Part shown: positions 20,479 through 30,532 of the stretch, in pieces
Numbering within the stretch: position 1 is the first letter of the stretch
How the letters are laid out: each line of letters opens with the position of its first letter
Assembly: GCA_015069135.1 (NCBI GenBank)
Contig: SVJE01000009.1
Location: 2,033-66,032, forward strand
Direction: 5' to 3'
DNA: 64,000 bases
From: Oscillospiraceae bacterium
Lineage (GTDB): Bacteria; Bacillota; Clostridia; UBA1212; SIG427
Program-made: the position numbers and the translations under genes
Notes under the pieces: model-generated
Database searches by the model: none
What the model was told of the DNA's origin: nothing
What the model saw: only the letters and a program-made list of their open reading frames with translations

Positions 20479-21072
20479 ATGCCCCCGGCACAGAAAATTA
20501 CTAAAGAAGCAATTAAAGAAGAAGCTTTTCGAATAGTCCAAATGAATGGTGCTGATGCACTTAATGCAAGATTACTGGCTAAAAATTTAGGGTGCTCTAC
20601 CCAACCAATATTCAGTTCATATCCAAATATGGAAGCTCTTTATGAGGATGTAATCAAAAAAGCAGAAGAACTTTACAACATTTATTTAGCAGAAGGTTTA
20701 AGAAGTGTAAACGCCCTTAAAGGTGTTGGACACTACTACATTTCCTTTGCTCAGGAAGAACCCTATCTTTTCAAGGCATTATTTATAGACGACAGTCGTG
20801 GTGAACTCCACGGAGTATTAGACGGTGATGAAAGTTACCGTAAAATTATTCGTTCCATAGAACACAACACAGGACTTCCCGTAGAAAAATGCGAAAGACT
20901 CTATTTTGAATACTGGATTTTTACCCATGGTATTGCCACAATGACAGCCACAGGAATGCTTAGTTTTACAGAAAAACAGGCAGCAAGTGTATTAGATGAT
21001 GCTTACACAGGTTTGTGGCAGAAACTATCAGGTATGTCTGAACCAGAAAACCCATACAAATATTCCAATTGA
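20479..21072 (+). CDS. TetR/AcrR family regulator (WHG-type C-terminus)
   Basis: MPP..KIT, LNAR.LAKNLGCSTQPIF HTH, WIFTHGIA; SD AAGGAG. Confidence 0.9.
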   Translation: MPPAQKITKEAIKEEAFRIVQMNGADALNARLLAKNLGCSTQPIFSSYPNMEALYEDVIKKAEELYNIYLAEGLRSVNALKGVGHYYISFAQEEPYLFKALFIDDSRGELHGVLDGDESYRKIIRSIEHNTGLPVEKCERLYFEYWIFTHGIATMTATGMLSFTEKQAASVLDDAYTGLWQKLSGMSEPENPYKYSN

Positions 21073-21095
21073 ATGAGAAAAACCTTCTATAAAGC

Positions 21096-21136
21096 AAAAA
21101 TACCCGATGAGTCCTGAAAAGCTCACGGGTGTTTTT
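21096..21136. terminator. Bidirectional terminator
   Basis: AAAAATACCCG..GAG / CTCACGGGTGTTTTT stem between convergent genes. Confidence 0.65.
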
Positions 21137-21139
21137 GTT

Positions 21140-22789
21140 TTATTTGAGAAAATCATCTTCGATCTTAACAACTTTTCTATCGTAACTTATAAGTCCGTTA
21201 GTTTCATCTTCCACATCGGAAAGTTGTGTGTAAACAGCTGCACAAAGTCCTTTGGGAATAGCAGGATAAATTTCCTCATTATACAGTTTTTTAAGAGCTG
21301 CCTTAAATTCTTCTATTTCCTTAAAAAATCTGTAACCATATGTGTTTTCCTTATTAAACACATGGCCTTCCGGTTTATACGAATAACCGCCAAATTCAGA
21401 AAGTACCACAGGGCGTTTGCCACGCTTTGGCATCTTAAACTTCTTAAAATACACATGTAAACTTTCCACATCACTTTCTCCACCGGAGAACCAACCCGAA
21501 GCAGAATCTATAAAACGGGAGCTATCCAAAGCCTTTAGTTTATGATACATTTCCGTACTTGAAAATTGTCCCCAACCTTCATTAAATATAGTCCAATAAC
21601 AAATACAAGGATGGTTATATAAATCTTTTACCGTAGATTCCATAGCTTCACAAAAAGCCTTGCGGCTTTCAGGGTTAGTATGCATTTTCTTATCACACAA
21701 ACGTTTCAGACCTATGGTGGGTAACGCCGTATCTCTTATAAATGAATACTTACCATTATTAACCATGTCCTGAAACACAACCATACCAAAGCGATCACAA
21801 TCATAATAGAACTGCTCTGGTTCCACTTTAATATGCTTACGAAGCATATTAAATCCCAAAGATTTAGCAATCTTTATTTCACTTTCAAAACATACAGGAT
21901 CTGCCGGGGTAAATATTCCGTCACTATAATAACCTTGATCCAAAAGACCGTTAAAGAAATATGGTTCCCCATTAAGACAAAGTCTCGGCACTCCATCAAT
22001 TTTCTTTATTTCCAAAGTTCTGAGAGCAAAATACGACTCTACTCTATCCTTACCGCTTTCTAACACAAAATAGTAAAGATACGGATGCTCTGGTGACCAA
22101 AGACAAGGCTCCAAAATATCAACTTCGGCAACTCCATTTACCAGCTTGGAAACAAGGATACCTTGTGGCGTGGTGACAGATATTTTACCATCATACACAC
22201 CATCAGCCCATATTCGCGCAAAGTCTGTCCCCACATCAATTTTGAGACTTTTTACATAGTGCTCAGGAACACTTTCAATCCACACAGTCTGCCAGATACC
22301 GGACACAGGTGTGTACCACATTCCCCCACGTTTTAAAGTCTGCTTTCCGTAAGGTAAAATATTGTCTCCCAGGTTATCCCAGGCCTTAACTTCCAGCACA
22401 TTTTCATCCTTTAAAAAGTCTGTTATCTCAAAGGTAAAATGCTCATACCCACCTTTGTGGTCGCCAATAAATTCACCGTTCAGGTACACTTCACACTCCT
22501 GATCCACTGCTCCGAAATGAAGAAGTACCCTATCTTTCACAAAACCTTCCGGCAGAGTAAAATTTTTACTATATTGCATAAGTGTCCCGGGGGGAATCTC
22601 CATATCAAGTCCTGACAACAAAGACTCCGGCGGAAAAGGTACATTTATTTCAAAATTCTTTTCATCAACGGTAAAATCCCACAATCCATTTAGGTTGTAA
22701 AACGATTTTCTTTTAAGTTGTGGTCTCGGGTAAACCTGCCATGGCTGTCCCTGTAAAAGTTCACCTTCCGGTGTATATAACTTTTCCAT
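21140..22789 (-). CDS. Glycoside hydrolase family 2
   Basis: YPRPQ, LNGLWDF, LHFGAVD, SGIWQTVW, RKHIKVE, NHP.I..W..FNEGWGQ, LSEFGG, YTQLSDVE.E.NG. Confidence 0.92.
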   Translation of the reverse strand: MEKLYTPEGELLQGQPWQVYPRPQLKRKSFYNLNGLWDFTVDEKNFEINVPFPPESLLSGLDMEIPPGTLMQYSKNFTLPEGFVKDRVLLHFGAVDQECEVYLNGEFIGDHKGGYEHFTFEITDFLKDENVLEVKAWDNLGDNILPYGKQTLKRGGMWYTPVSGIWQTVWIESVPEHYVKSLKIDVGTDFARIWADGVYDGKISVTTPQGILVSKLVNGVAEVDILEPCLWSPEHPYLYYFVLESGKDRVESYFALRTLEIKKIDGVPRLCLNGEPYFFNGLLDQGYYSDGIFTPADPVCFESEIKIAKSLGFNMLRKHIKVEPEQFYYDCDRFGMVVFQDMVNNGKYSFIRDTALPTIGLKRLCDKKMHTNPESRKAFCEAMESTVKDLYNHPCICYWTIFNEGWGQFSSTEMYHKLKALDSSRFIDSASGWFSGGESDVESLHVYFKKFKMPKRGKRPVVLSEFGGYSYKPEGHVFNKENTYGYRFFKEIEEFKAALKKLYNEEIYPAIPKGLCAAVYTQLSDVEDETNGLISYDRKVVKIEDDFLK

Positions 22790-24085
22790 TTAAAATTCCT
22801 TCTTTTTTAACATTCTGAATAATGGCAATAAAACTACTACCAGAACTATTGTTGCAACCAAAGCTGCCGCATAAATATTTTCATTTGGCACAAAAGATTC
22901 TGTACCATCGTTATTTACTATTGTTTCTGCATTTTTAAGAACCAGAGATCCTATGTACGGACCTATTATTCCCGGAATTAATACTTGTCCTACAATACGA
23001 AGGCCCTGGAACATTCCGGCTTTACCCTCCGGTGTATAGTCTCTTATCATTGCCCCGAAAACTGCCATACCTGATAAATATCCGCACATCATAAACAGGG
23101 AACCTACAAATACCATAGCTGTATTCTTAAACAAAAACAGTATGATAAATCCGCCGGCAAGCGCAAGAACTGCCGGTATAACGGATATCTTAAAGCCTTT
23201 TTTATCGTAAAACCTTCCATAAAAAGCAGTTACTACCGAAGCAATTATTACAGCCGGTGCCATAATGAGAACATAGTTATCCATACCAAGGCTTACATTG
23301 TAGTAAAGAATCAGATAAGGCATGAAAATTTGTATTGCTATGCCGAAAACAGCAAAGGCCGCTAAAGTTACGTACAAAACCACATTACTTTTTACCACCG
23401 ATAGTTTGAAACCGTAAAGAATGTTGTTAAAATAGTTGTTGTTTTCAGAACGTTTTACCACTGTATCTTTTATTAAAAATATACCAAGTATACCTATAAC
23501 AGCCACAGCACCACCAATTACAAGAAATATGGTAGTCCAACTTTCTTCTTTATCAAGATTAAATGACATAAAGCCACCGAAAACTGCCAGTATTGCAACC
23601 AAGGGCATCATGGCATTAATTCCCTCTGCCGCACCCCTGTTGGTAGAATCAGTTGAATCTGTAAGCCAGGCGTTAAAGCAGGCATCATTGGCGGTGGAAC
23701 CTAAAAAGGTCATAACACAGTCCATGACTATAACTGTTGTAACGCCTATGGCCGCTACTGAAGTTGCCATAGGAAACAAAGAACTAATTACATCATTTCT
23801 TATAAAGGCAAAGCTACCAATAGACATACCCCACAGAATATATCCGCCGCAAATAAATATTTTACGCTTTCCTAGTTTATCAGACAAAGCACCCATTATA
23901 ATTGTAGTAAGTGTTGCAGCAACAGCACTGGCCGCTACCATAAGAGAAATATTCTCTGCACTTGCATTAAACATTTTATAAATAAAAACGTTAAAATACA
24001 TATTTTCAACAACCCAGGCAATTTGTCCTGTTAAGCTAAATATGGTTAATGCCAGCCAAAAACCTGCAGATTTCTTTGTTTTCAT
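22790..24085 (-). CDS. MFS transporter (probable sugar)
   Basis: Motif A GALSDKLGKRK; ~12 TM; coupled to GH2. Confidence 0.88.
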   Translation of the reverse strand: MKTKKSAGFWLALTIFSLTGQIAWVVENMYFNVFIYKMFNASAENISLMVAASAVAATLTTIIMGALSDKLGKRKIFICGGYILWGMSIGSFAFIRNDVISSLFPMATSVAAIGVTTVIVMDCVMTFLGSTANDACFNAWLTDSTDSTNRGAAEGINAMMPLVAILAVFGGFMSFNLDKEESWTTIFLVIGGAVAVIGILGIFLIKDTVVKRSENNNYFNNILYGFKLSVVKSNVVLYVTLAAFAVFGIAIQIFMPYLILYYNVSLGMDNYVLIMAPAVIIASVVTAFYGRFYDKKGFKISVIPAVLALAGGFIILFLFKNTAMVFVGSLFMMCGYLSGMAVFGAMIRDYTPEGKAGMFQGLRIVGQVLIPGIIGPYIGSLVLKNAETIVNNDGTESFVPNENIYAAALVATIVLVVVLLPLFRMLKKKEF

Positions 24086-24348
24086 TAAGCATCTCCTGTT
24101 GTTTTGTTATAAGCTTCCCTTACTGCCATTGCCAATTGATCAGCACATGATGTAGGTCTTGGACCACAGGTATTACCTTTAAGCTTTTCTTCGATAGCTT
24201 CAACTGTCATGCCATCAACTAATTTCCCGATAGCTTTAAGATTGCCGTTACAACCGCCATAGAAAACCACATTTGTTATTACGTTCCCTTCGATATCAAA
24301 ACTGATTTCCATAGAGCAAGTACCCTTTGTTCTGTATTTGTATTCCAT
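24085..24348 (-). CDS. TSCPD-domain protein (TIGR03905-like)
   Basis: GTCS, GGCNGN, CGPRPTSCADQLA motifs. Confidence 0.85.
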   Translation of the reverse strand: MEYKYRTKGTCSMEISFDIEGNVITNVVFYGGCNGNLKAIGKLVDGMTVEAIEEKLKGNTCGPRPTSCADQLAMAVREAYNKTTGDA

Positions 24349-24472
24349 AGTAAAACAACCTTTCTGTACATGTTATATAACGGATTATATCATAATCCTG
24401 TTTATTTGACACCTGCTCTGTATATATACTAAAATTATACTTAAATAAAATACTATTTTAAGGAGCAATTTT

Positions 24473-25207
24473 ATGGAATTCAATGTAAACAGTCCCATTT
24501 TATTTGTACTTGTTGCAATTATAATATTAGTCGTATTGGGACAATCTGTATTTTTTCTTGTTCGCGCTATTAAAAGAGCAAAAGAAATAGGAATGGATAT
24601 GACAGTTATCAAAAAGACAATTTCATCCTCAGCTGTATTTACTATTGCGCCAGCTATTTCAATTTTAGTCGGTGTAATTGCATTGTCAAAAAGTTTAGGA
24701 ATTGCTATTCCCTGGATGAGATTATCTGTAATAGGATCTCTTTCCTATGAAACAATTGCCGCAGGAACCACTTTAGAACAGGTAGGTTCAAGTGTCGGCA
24801 CCGAAGTTACTGACCCTTCTATATTTATAACTGTTTTGTGGGTAATGACATTAGGTATTATATTAGGACTTATTCTTACTCCTGTTCTCACGAAGAAAAT
24901 ACAGTCAGGAATGGTTAAAATAGAACAAAAAGACAAGAAATGGGGAGATATTCTTTCCAACGCCATGTTTTTAGGTATGATTTCCGCTTTCTTAGGTTAT
25001 GTTTTCTGTGATGTTTCACTGGTATTTCAGGGGAACACAAAAGGACTTATTCCTGTTGCCGTTATGTTTGTATCAGCCGTGGTAATGGCCGTTCTCGGTA
25101 TACTTTCCAAGAAACTTAATGTTCGCTGGATTACAGACTATGCCCTTCCATTAAGTTTGATTATAGGAATGGCATCATCCATCCCGATTACAAACTGGTT
25201 AGGTTAA
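24473..25207 (+). CDS. DUF5058-like membrane protein
   Basis: PWMRLSVIGSLSYE motif, ~6 TM. Confidence 0.75.
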   Translation: MEFNVNSPILFVLVAIIILVVLGQSVFFLVRAIKRAKEIGMDMTVIKKTISSSAVFTIAPAISILVGVIALSKSLGIAIPWMRLSVIGSLSYETIAAGTTLEQVGSSVGTEVTDPSIFITVLWVMTLGIILGLILTPVLTKKIQSGMVKIEQKDKKWGDILSNAMFLGMISAFLGYVFCDVSLVFQGNTKGLIPVAVMFVSAVVMAVLGILSKKLNVRWITDYALPLSLIIGMASSIPITNWLG

Positions 25208-25226
25208 GGAAAGGAGGAATTTTACC

Positions 25227-25892
25227 ATGAAAAAAGAAATGACTTATTTAGAAAGTGTACATAAATACGGACGAATCTGGGGATTTGTAATTTTCACACT
25301 TATTATGCTCTTCCCTTTGGCACTATCTTTCATATTCCAGGCTATACCTGACTGGGCTGCTTTAGGTAAGGGTTTAATTTCTATTTTGCCTATGTATTGG
25401 GCGGTTGGTTTAGTTGAAGTATTTACTTATGTTCCAATGCTTGGTGCCGGTGGTGCTTACCTCTCTTTTGTTACAGGTAATATTGCCAACCTTAAACTTC
25501 CTTGTGCATTAGATGCCATGGAAAAAGCCAATGTTAAAGCTAACTCTGAAGAGGGTGAAATAATCTCCACTATCTCAATTGCGGTTTCAAGTATTGTTAC
25601 AACTTTGATTATAGTTGTAGGTGTTATTTTGATAGTACCCCTTACTCCTATCCTGGAAGCAGATGTACTCAACAGCGCTTTTGACCAAATGCTTCCTGCA
25701 TTATTCGGAGGTCTTGCTGTAGTATTTATTTCAAAGAATGTAAAGCTTGCAATTGCACCGATTATCCTTATGCTTATCCTCTTTATATTCGTTCCTTTCC
25801 TGAATGCTTCTACAGTTGGAATTATGGTGCCTGTAGGTGTACTTTTCACATTGGCAGTTGCCCGTATCCTATACAAAAAAGGTATTATTTAA
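25227..25892 (+). CDS. Membrane protein, partner of DUF5058
   Basis: YVPMLGAGGAYLSFVTGNIANLKLPCA, LPALFGGL. Confidence 0.7.
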   Translation: MKKEMTYLESVHKYGRIWGFVIFTLIMLFPLALSFIFQAIPDWAALGKGLISILPMYWAVGLVEVFTYVPMLGAGGAYLSFVTGNIANLKLPCALDAMEKANVKANSEEGEIISTISIAVSSIVTTLIIVVGVILIVPLTPILEADVLNSAFDQMLPALFGGLAVVFISKNVKLAIAPIILMLILFIFVPFLNASTVGIMVPVGVLFTLAVARILYKKGII

Positions 25893-25904
25893 GGAGGTCT
25901 TGTT

Positions 25905-27344
25905 GTGACTTATGTTTTAATTGCTATATCCTCTATAGTTGTAATTTTCTTAAGTGTGGTACTTATCAGAACCCTTATGTTCACACCTAAGAAAAGTGCT
26001 GAAGTTTTTGATGAGGAAATAACTTTTGAAGAAGATAAGGCTATCACAAATCTTCAAAGACTTATTCGGTTCAAAACCATATCATACAACGATCCAAATT
26101 TAGAAGACGATGCAGAATTCAGGAAACTTATTGATGCATTACCGGAGCTTTATCCTAACGTTTTTAAAACCTGTACTTTTACAGAACTTCCTGACAGAGC
26201 TTTACTTTTTAAATGGGAAGGTAAAAATCATACAGAACCTTCTGTTATGATGGCTCACTATGATGTGGTTCCGGTTAATGAAGATCAGTGGGATAAACCT
26301 GCTTTTGAAGGAATTATAGAAAATGATGTACTCTGGGGACGCGGTTCATTGGATACAAAAGTAACTTTTAACGGAGTTCTTTTTGCAGCAGAACATCTTA
26401 TAGCGCAAAATTTTGTACCTGAAAACGACATTTACTTCGCCTTCTCCGGTGGTGAAGAAATAAATGGTCCCGGAGCATCTAACATTGTGGACTATTTTGA
26501 ATCTAATAAAATCGAACCTGCCATTGTAGTTGATGAAGGTGGCGCCGTTGTTGAAAATGTATTCCCAGGTGTTAAAGAACCTTGCGGAATGATAGGCATT
26601 GCCGAAAAAGGTATGATGAATGTGGAATACACCGTAGCTTCACAGGGTGGCCATGCATCAGCGCCAAAGCCACACACTCCTGTAGGTATACTTTCACAGG
26701 CATGCTGTAAAATAGAAAACAACCCATTCAAGATGCACCTTACAAAACCGGTAGCGGAAATGTTTGACACATTGGGGCGTCACTCTACTTTTGTTTACCG
26801 CATGATTTTTGCTAACCTGTGGTGTTTCAAGTGGGTACTTGATATTATCTGTAAAACCAGTGGTGGTGAAATGAATGCACTTATGCGTACCACTGTAGCT
26901 TTTACTCAGATGGCAGGAAGTAGTGCTCCAAATGTAATTCCTCCGGAGGCTAAAATGGTTTCTAATATAAGGCTTAATCCGGAAGATAATATTGACAGTG
27001 CTTTGGAATATCTTAACAAAGTTGTGGATAACAAAGATGTCAAAATAAAAACTCTTTACGCTATGAACCCAAGTCGTATTTCTGAAACTTATTGTACTGC
27101 CTGGGATAAGGTAGCTTCCAGTGTAGTATCTACCTGGAAAGGTACAATTGCAACACCCTATCTTATGGTGCAGTGTTCTGACAGTCGCCATTACGGTCGT
27201 ATTTCTGATAAGGTGTACAGATTCTCTGCTATGGATTTAACTTCTGAAGAAAGATCAACTATTCATGGTAATAATGAAAGAATACGTTTAAGTTGTGCAA
27301 AGAAAGCGGTTGAGTTTTATATAAGACTTATGAAACAATGTTGA
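25905..27344 (+). CDS. Membrane-anchored M20 family peptidase/amidohydrolase (carboxypeptidase S / PM20D1-like)
   Basis: N-terminal TM; AHYDVVP, WGRGSLDTK, GGEE, VDEGG, GGHAS, IHGNNE. Confidence 0.88.
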   Translation: MTYVLIAISSIVVIFLSVVLIRTLMFTPKKSAEVFDEEITFEEDKAITNLQRLIRFKTISYNDPNLEDDAEFRKLIDALPELYPNVFKTCTFTELPDRALLFKWEGKNHTEPSVMMAHYDVVPVNEDQWDKPAFEGIIENDVLWGRGSLDTKVTFNGVLFAAEHLIAQNFVPENDIYFAFSGGEEINGPGASNIVDYFESNKIEPAIVVDEGGAVVENVFPGVKEPCGMIGIAEKGMMNVEYTVASQGGHASAPKPHTPVGILSQACCKIENNPFKMHLTKPVAEMFDTLGRHSTFVYRMIFANLWCFKWVLDIICKTSGGEMNALMRTTVAFTQMAGSSAPNVIPPEAKMVSNIRLNPEDNIDSALEYLNKVVDNKDVKIKTLYAMNPSRISETYCTAWDKVASSVVSTWKGTIATPYLMVQCSDSRHYGRISDKVYRFSAMDLTSEERSTIHGNNERIRLSCAKKAVEFYIRLMKQC

Positions 27345-27356
27345 TTATAACAAAGC

Positions 27357-27396
27357 AAAGGGAATGGTTCTGTTTTAAGGAACCATTCCCTTTTTT
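27357..27396 (+). terminator. Intrinsic terminator
   Basis: AAAGGGAATGGTTC / GAACCATTCCCTTT plus T run. Confidence 0.8.
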
Positions 27397-27405
27397 ATTT
27401 TACTC

Positions 27406-28308
27406 TCATTTTACACTTTCATTCGCTCTGAACTCACCAGGTGTCATCCCTGTCTTTTCTTTAAAAATTTTGAGGAAGTTTCCGTAGTTTCCAAATCCAC
27501 AAGAGCTTGCCACACCTTTAAGTGAATCTTTAAAATCACCAAGCATTTCACAGGCCATTTCAATTCTATAATCTAAAAGATATTCATAAGGAGCCTGACC
27601 TAACTGTCTGTTAAAACACCTTGTGCACTCACTTTCACTCACTTCTCCGGCTTCAGCTATGTCTTTGACCTCTATTTTACCGCTATAATTTTCTTTAATA
27701 AGCCCAAGCATCTGTTTTATTCTTTGTTCATCAGCGCAATGAATTTCAGGCTTTTTAGGAGCTACACGAACAACATTCATAAGTTCCAACCACAAATAAG
27801 CTAATTTTTCACGAGTTTTAATTTCATAAGCAAAATCTCTTTCTGTAAAAGTACTCTCTATATCTTGCATCATCTCTATAATATCCTTAGCAAACTGAGA
27901 ACCTGCCGGAAACTTGAGTACATCAATCCTTTTTTCATCAGTCACCGGTGACACATATTTCTTATCAATGGCGCTTCCCTGCATACCCCCTATAAAATGA
28001 GGCATGAATATAAAAACTTTTTGTTTACATGTATCTTCTTTGTTACAACTTGTGTAATGCAAAAGTTCTGAATTCACAAAACCTGCATCACCTTTCTCAA
28101 ATACATATATTCCTCTTGCAGTACGGTACTCCATTCTGCCTTCAAGCATATAAAAAAGCTCAACCTCAGGATGCCACTGCCACGAAATTCTATTATCTCT
28201 GTAATTATGTAAATCTCTCACAGAAATCATAAACGGCATTTCAGAAGTCATTTCCTGAATTGTTTCATGTAACCCTATATCATTAAATATAATCGGCATA
28301 TTTTTCAT
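27406..28308 (-). CDS. AraC family transcriptional regulator
   Basis: Cupin WQWHPEVE; C-terminal double HTH CGF.NY.NF...FKEKTGMTP..FR. Confidence 0.92.
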   Translation of the reverse strand: MKNMPIIFNDIGLHETIQEMTSEMPFMISVRDLHNYRDNRISWQWHPEVELFYMLEGRMEYRTARGIYVFEKGDAGFVNSELLHYTSCNKEDTCKQKVFIFMPHFIGGMQGSAIDKKYVSPVTDEKRIDVLKFPAGSQFAKDIIEMMQDIESTFTERDFAYEIKTREKLAYLWLELMNVVRVAPKKPEIHCADEQRIKQMLGLIKENYSGKIEVKDIAEAGEVSESECTRCFNRQLGQAPYEYLLDYRIEMACEMLGDFKDSLKGVASSCGFGNYGNFLKIFKEKTGMTPGEFRANESVK

Positions 28309-28430
28309 ATCTCATACTGCCTTTTCACGAATTTTCTTACTTTAATAAAGTATACCAAAAAAACAATACACTAACAATAGCAATAATATGTGTGTTTTAT
28401 AATAATATTTTTTAATAATATATAATATAT

Positions 28431-28599
28431 GGGGTTTGACCCCTGTCTTTTATTTTAAAATGGGAAATACAACATTTTCGTAGTAATGCAACATACTTCA
28501 ATACAAATAAGCTGTTTTTATGTCGAAAATAATAAAATTTGGGGAAATAGGGTCTGCCCCCCGTCTTGTGTTTTCAAGACAGGGGCAGACCCTATTTCC
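28431..28599. repeat. REP-like GGGG(T/C)(C/T)TG(A/C)CCCC motif: one lone copy and one inverted pair
   Basis: GGGGTTTGACCCCTGTCTT at 28431-28449; 25-bp inverted pair 28543-28568 / 28575-28599. Confidence 0.6.
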
Positions 28600-28629
28600 T
28601 GCTAAAACTTATTTCCTGTTTTCATCAAC

Positions 28630-28661
28630 AAAAAAAGGGCCGCTCTTTTAAAGCGACCCTT
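28630..28661 (-). terminator. Intrinsic terminator after oppA
   Basis: GGGTCGCT / AGCGGCCC stem followed by T7 on minus strand. Confidence 0.75.
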
Positions 28662-28679
28662 GAAACAGTCATATATTAA

Positions 28680-30449
28680 TTATTTAACTGTTGTATACAT
28701 GAAGTATTTGTAACCGAGTGGGTTAGAATAGAAACCTTCGATGCTAGAATCGATCATGTACAAGTCTGTATAGAAGTACAATGGAACGATACATCCGGAT
28801 TCCATCAACATATCCTCAGCAACGTGCATCATGTCATAACGCTTAGCTGCATCTGAACAACCCTTGATTGTAGAAATCAATACGTCGTAAGTTTCAGCCC
28901 ATGTACCATTTTCAACCTTTACATCATAACCAAATGAAGTAAGATCCAAATTGAACATAGCCAAATCTTTGTGAGCGCCTTTACCGAACTGAACGTCGTT
29001 GTTACCTGAAATAGATGTCCACATATCTAAGAAACAGATAGGATCATTGTAGTCAGCCAACCAACCGTTACGAGCGATAGAATAGTCACCATTCTTACGA
29101 GTGTTAAGGAATGTGTTCCACTCCTGTGTTTCAAGGTTCATTGTAATACCAACAGCTGCCAAAGCACCCTGGAGATATTCACCGATAGCCTTATGACCTT
29201 CACCTTCATTGTAAAGGTATGTCAAAGAAGGAACATTTGTAAACTTCTTTGTAGCATCATCATACTTGTAATATTTCTGCAATGTAGCAATAGCTTCGTC
29301 AAAGTTAGACTGCATAGCGTCTTTAGATACATCATAGTAACCATCAAACTTGTCACTAGAACCAGCGTTCTTATAGAACTCGGAACCATCTTCTTCAGTC
29401 ATACCCATAGCTACGAAAGAGGAAGCAGGAACCTGACCACCCTGAGCGATAGCTTCAACAATGTGGTTTCTGTCGAACAACAATCCGATAGCATTACGGA
29501 TTTCAGCCTTAGCCTTTTCAGCTTCAGCGCCTGTCTTTGTGCTGTCAGCTGGAAGAATATTTTCGTTAACATTCCAACATACATAATATGTACCAATCTG
29601 ACCAGATACTACAAATTCATCAGGATACTGTGTCTTAAGGTTAGCAATTTCGTTTGTAGGAACGTCGTCAATTAACAACCAGTCACCATTCTTGAAGTTA
29701 GATAACATGTTGTTAGCATCGTCAGAGAGATAGAATTCCAATGTTTCCATTGTAACGTCTGCCTTGTCGATGTAATTGTCGTTCTTCTTCAATGTGATAA
29801 CACTGTCATGTTCCCAAGATGAAATTACATAAGGTCCGTTACATACATATGTAGCAGCCTCTGTAGCCCAACCTTCATCAGCAACAACATCTTCTCTTAC
29901 AGGGAAGTATGTTGGGAATGCCAACAATTCATTCCAGTAAGCAACAGAGTTAGCCAATGTAACAACCAAAGTTTTGTCGTCAGTAGCCTTAACGTTCAAT
30001 TCAGCGCCATAACCGTCAACAACTTCGAACATGTAACCATAGTCAGCACCGAGGTCAGCACTTGCAGCACGTTTCCAAGAATATTCGAAATCCTTTGCTG
30101 TAAGATCCTTACCGTCGGACCACTTAAGGCCATCTCTCAAAGTGTAAGTGTAAGTTACTGTGCCGTCTTCGTTAACAACACCTTCAACCAATTCCTTTGC
30201 AGCATCAGCAACGATTTCCAATGTGCCATCTTCTTTCTGAGCCCATTTAGCAAGACCAGAGAACAAGTGAGCGATCATTGTAGCACCGTCAACTGCAGAG
30301 TTAAGTGCAGGGTCAAGTGTATCAGGCTCAGAAGCCAAACATACTGCCAAAGACTTAACTGTTTCTTTGTCGTCATCCTTGTTGTCGCCACATGCTGTGA
30401 AGCATACTAACATAACAACAACCAACATTAATGATAAAAACTTTTTCAT
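28680..30449 (-). CDS. oppA: Oligopeptide ABC transporter substrate-binding lipoprotein
   Basis: Lipobox FTAC; EPDTLDP, YTYTLRDGLKWSDG..LTAKDF.YSW, NGPY, GWLADYNDP. Confidence 0.93.
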   Translation of the reverse strand: MKKFLSLMLVVVMLVCFTACGDNKDDDKETVKSLAVCLASEPDTLDPALNSAVDGATMIAHLFSGLAKWAQKEDGTLEIVADAAKELVEGVVNEDGTVTYTYTLRDGLKWSDGKDLTAKDFEYSWKRAASADLGADYGYMFEVVDGYGAELNVKATDDKTLVVTLANSVAYWNELLAFPTYFPVREDVVADEGWATEAATYVCNGPYVISSWEHDSVITLKKNDNYIDKADVTMETLEFYLSDDANNMLSNFKNGDWLLIDDVPTNEIANLKTQYPDEFVVSGQIGTYYVCWNVNENILPADSTKTGAEAEKAKAEIRNAIGLLFDRNHIVEAIAQGGQVPASSFVAMGMTEEDGSEFYKNAGSSDKFDGYYDVSKDAMQSNFDEAIATLQKYYKYDDATKKFTNVPSLTYLYNEGEGHKAIGEYLQGALAAVGITMNLETQEWNTFLNTRKNGDYSIARNGWLADYNDPICFLDMWTSISGNNDVQFGKGAHKDLAMFNLDLTSFGYDVKVENGTWAETYDVLISTIKGCSDAAKRYDMMHVAEDMLMESGCIVPLYFYTDLYMIDSSIEGFYSNPLGYKYFMYTTVK

Positions 30450-30532
30450 ATACATCTTCCTTTCTAAAGATAAATATATATATCTAACACCCCGACGCTA
30501 GAACGTCTCCGCCGGCATGTTTGATACCAAAA

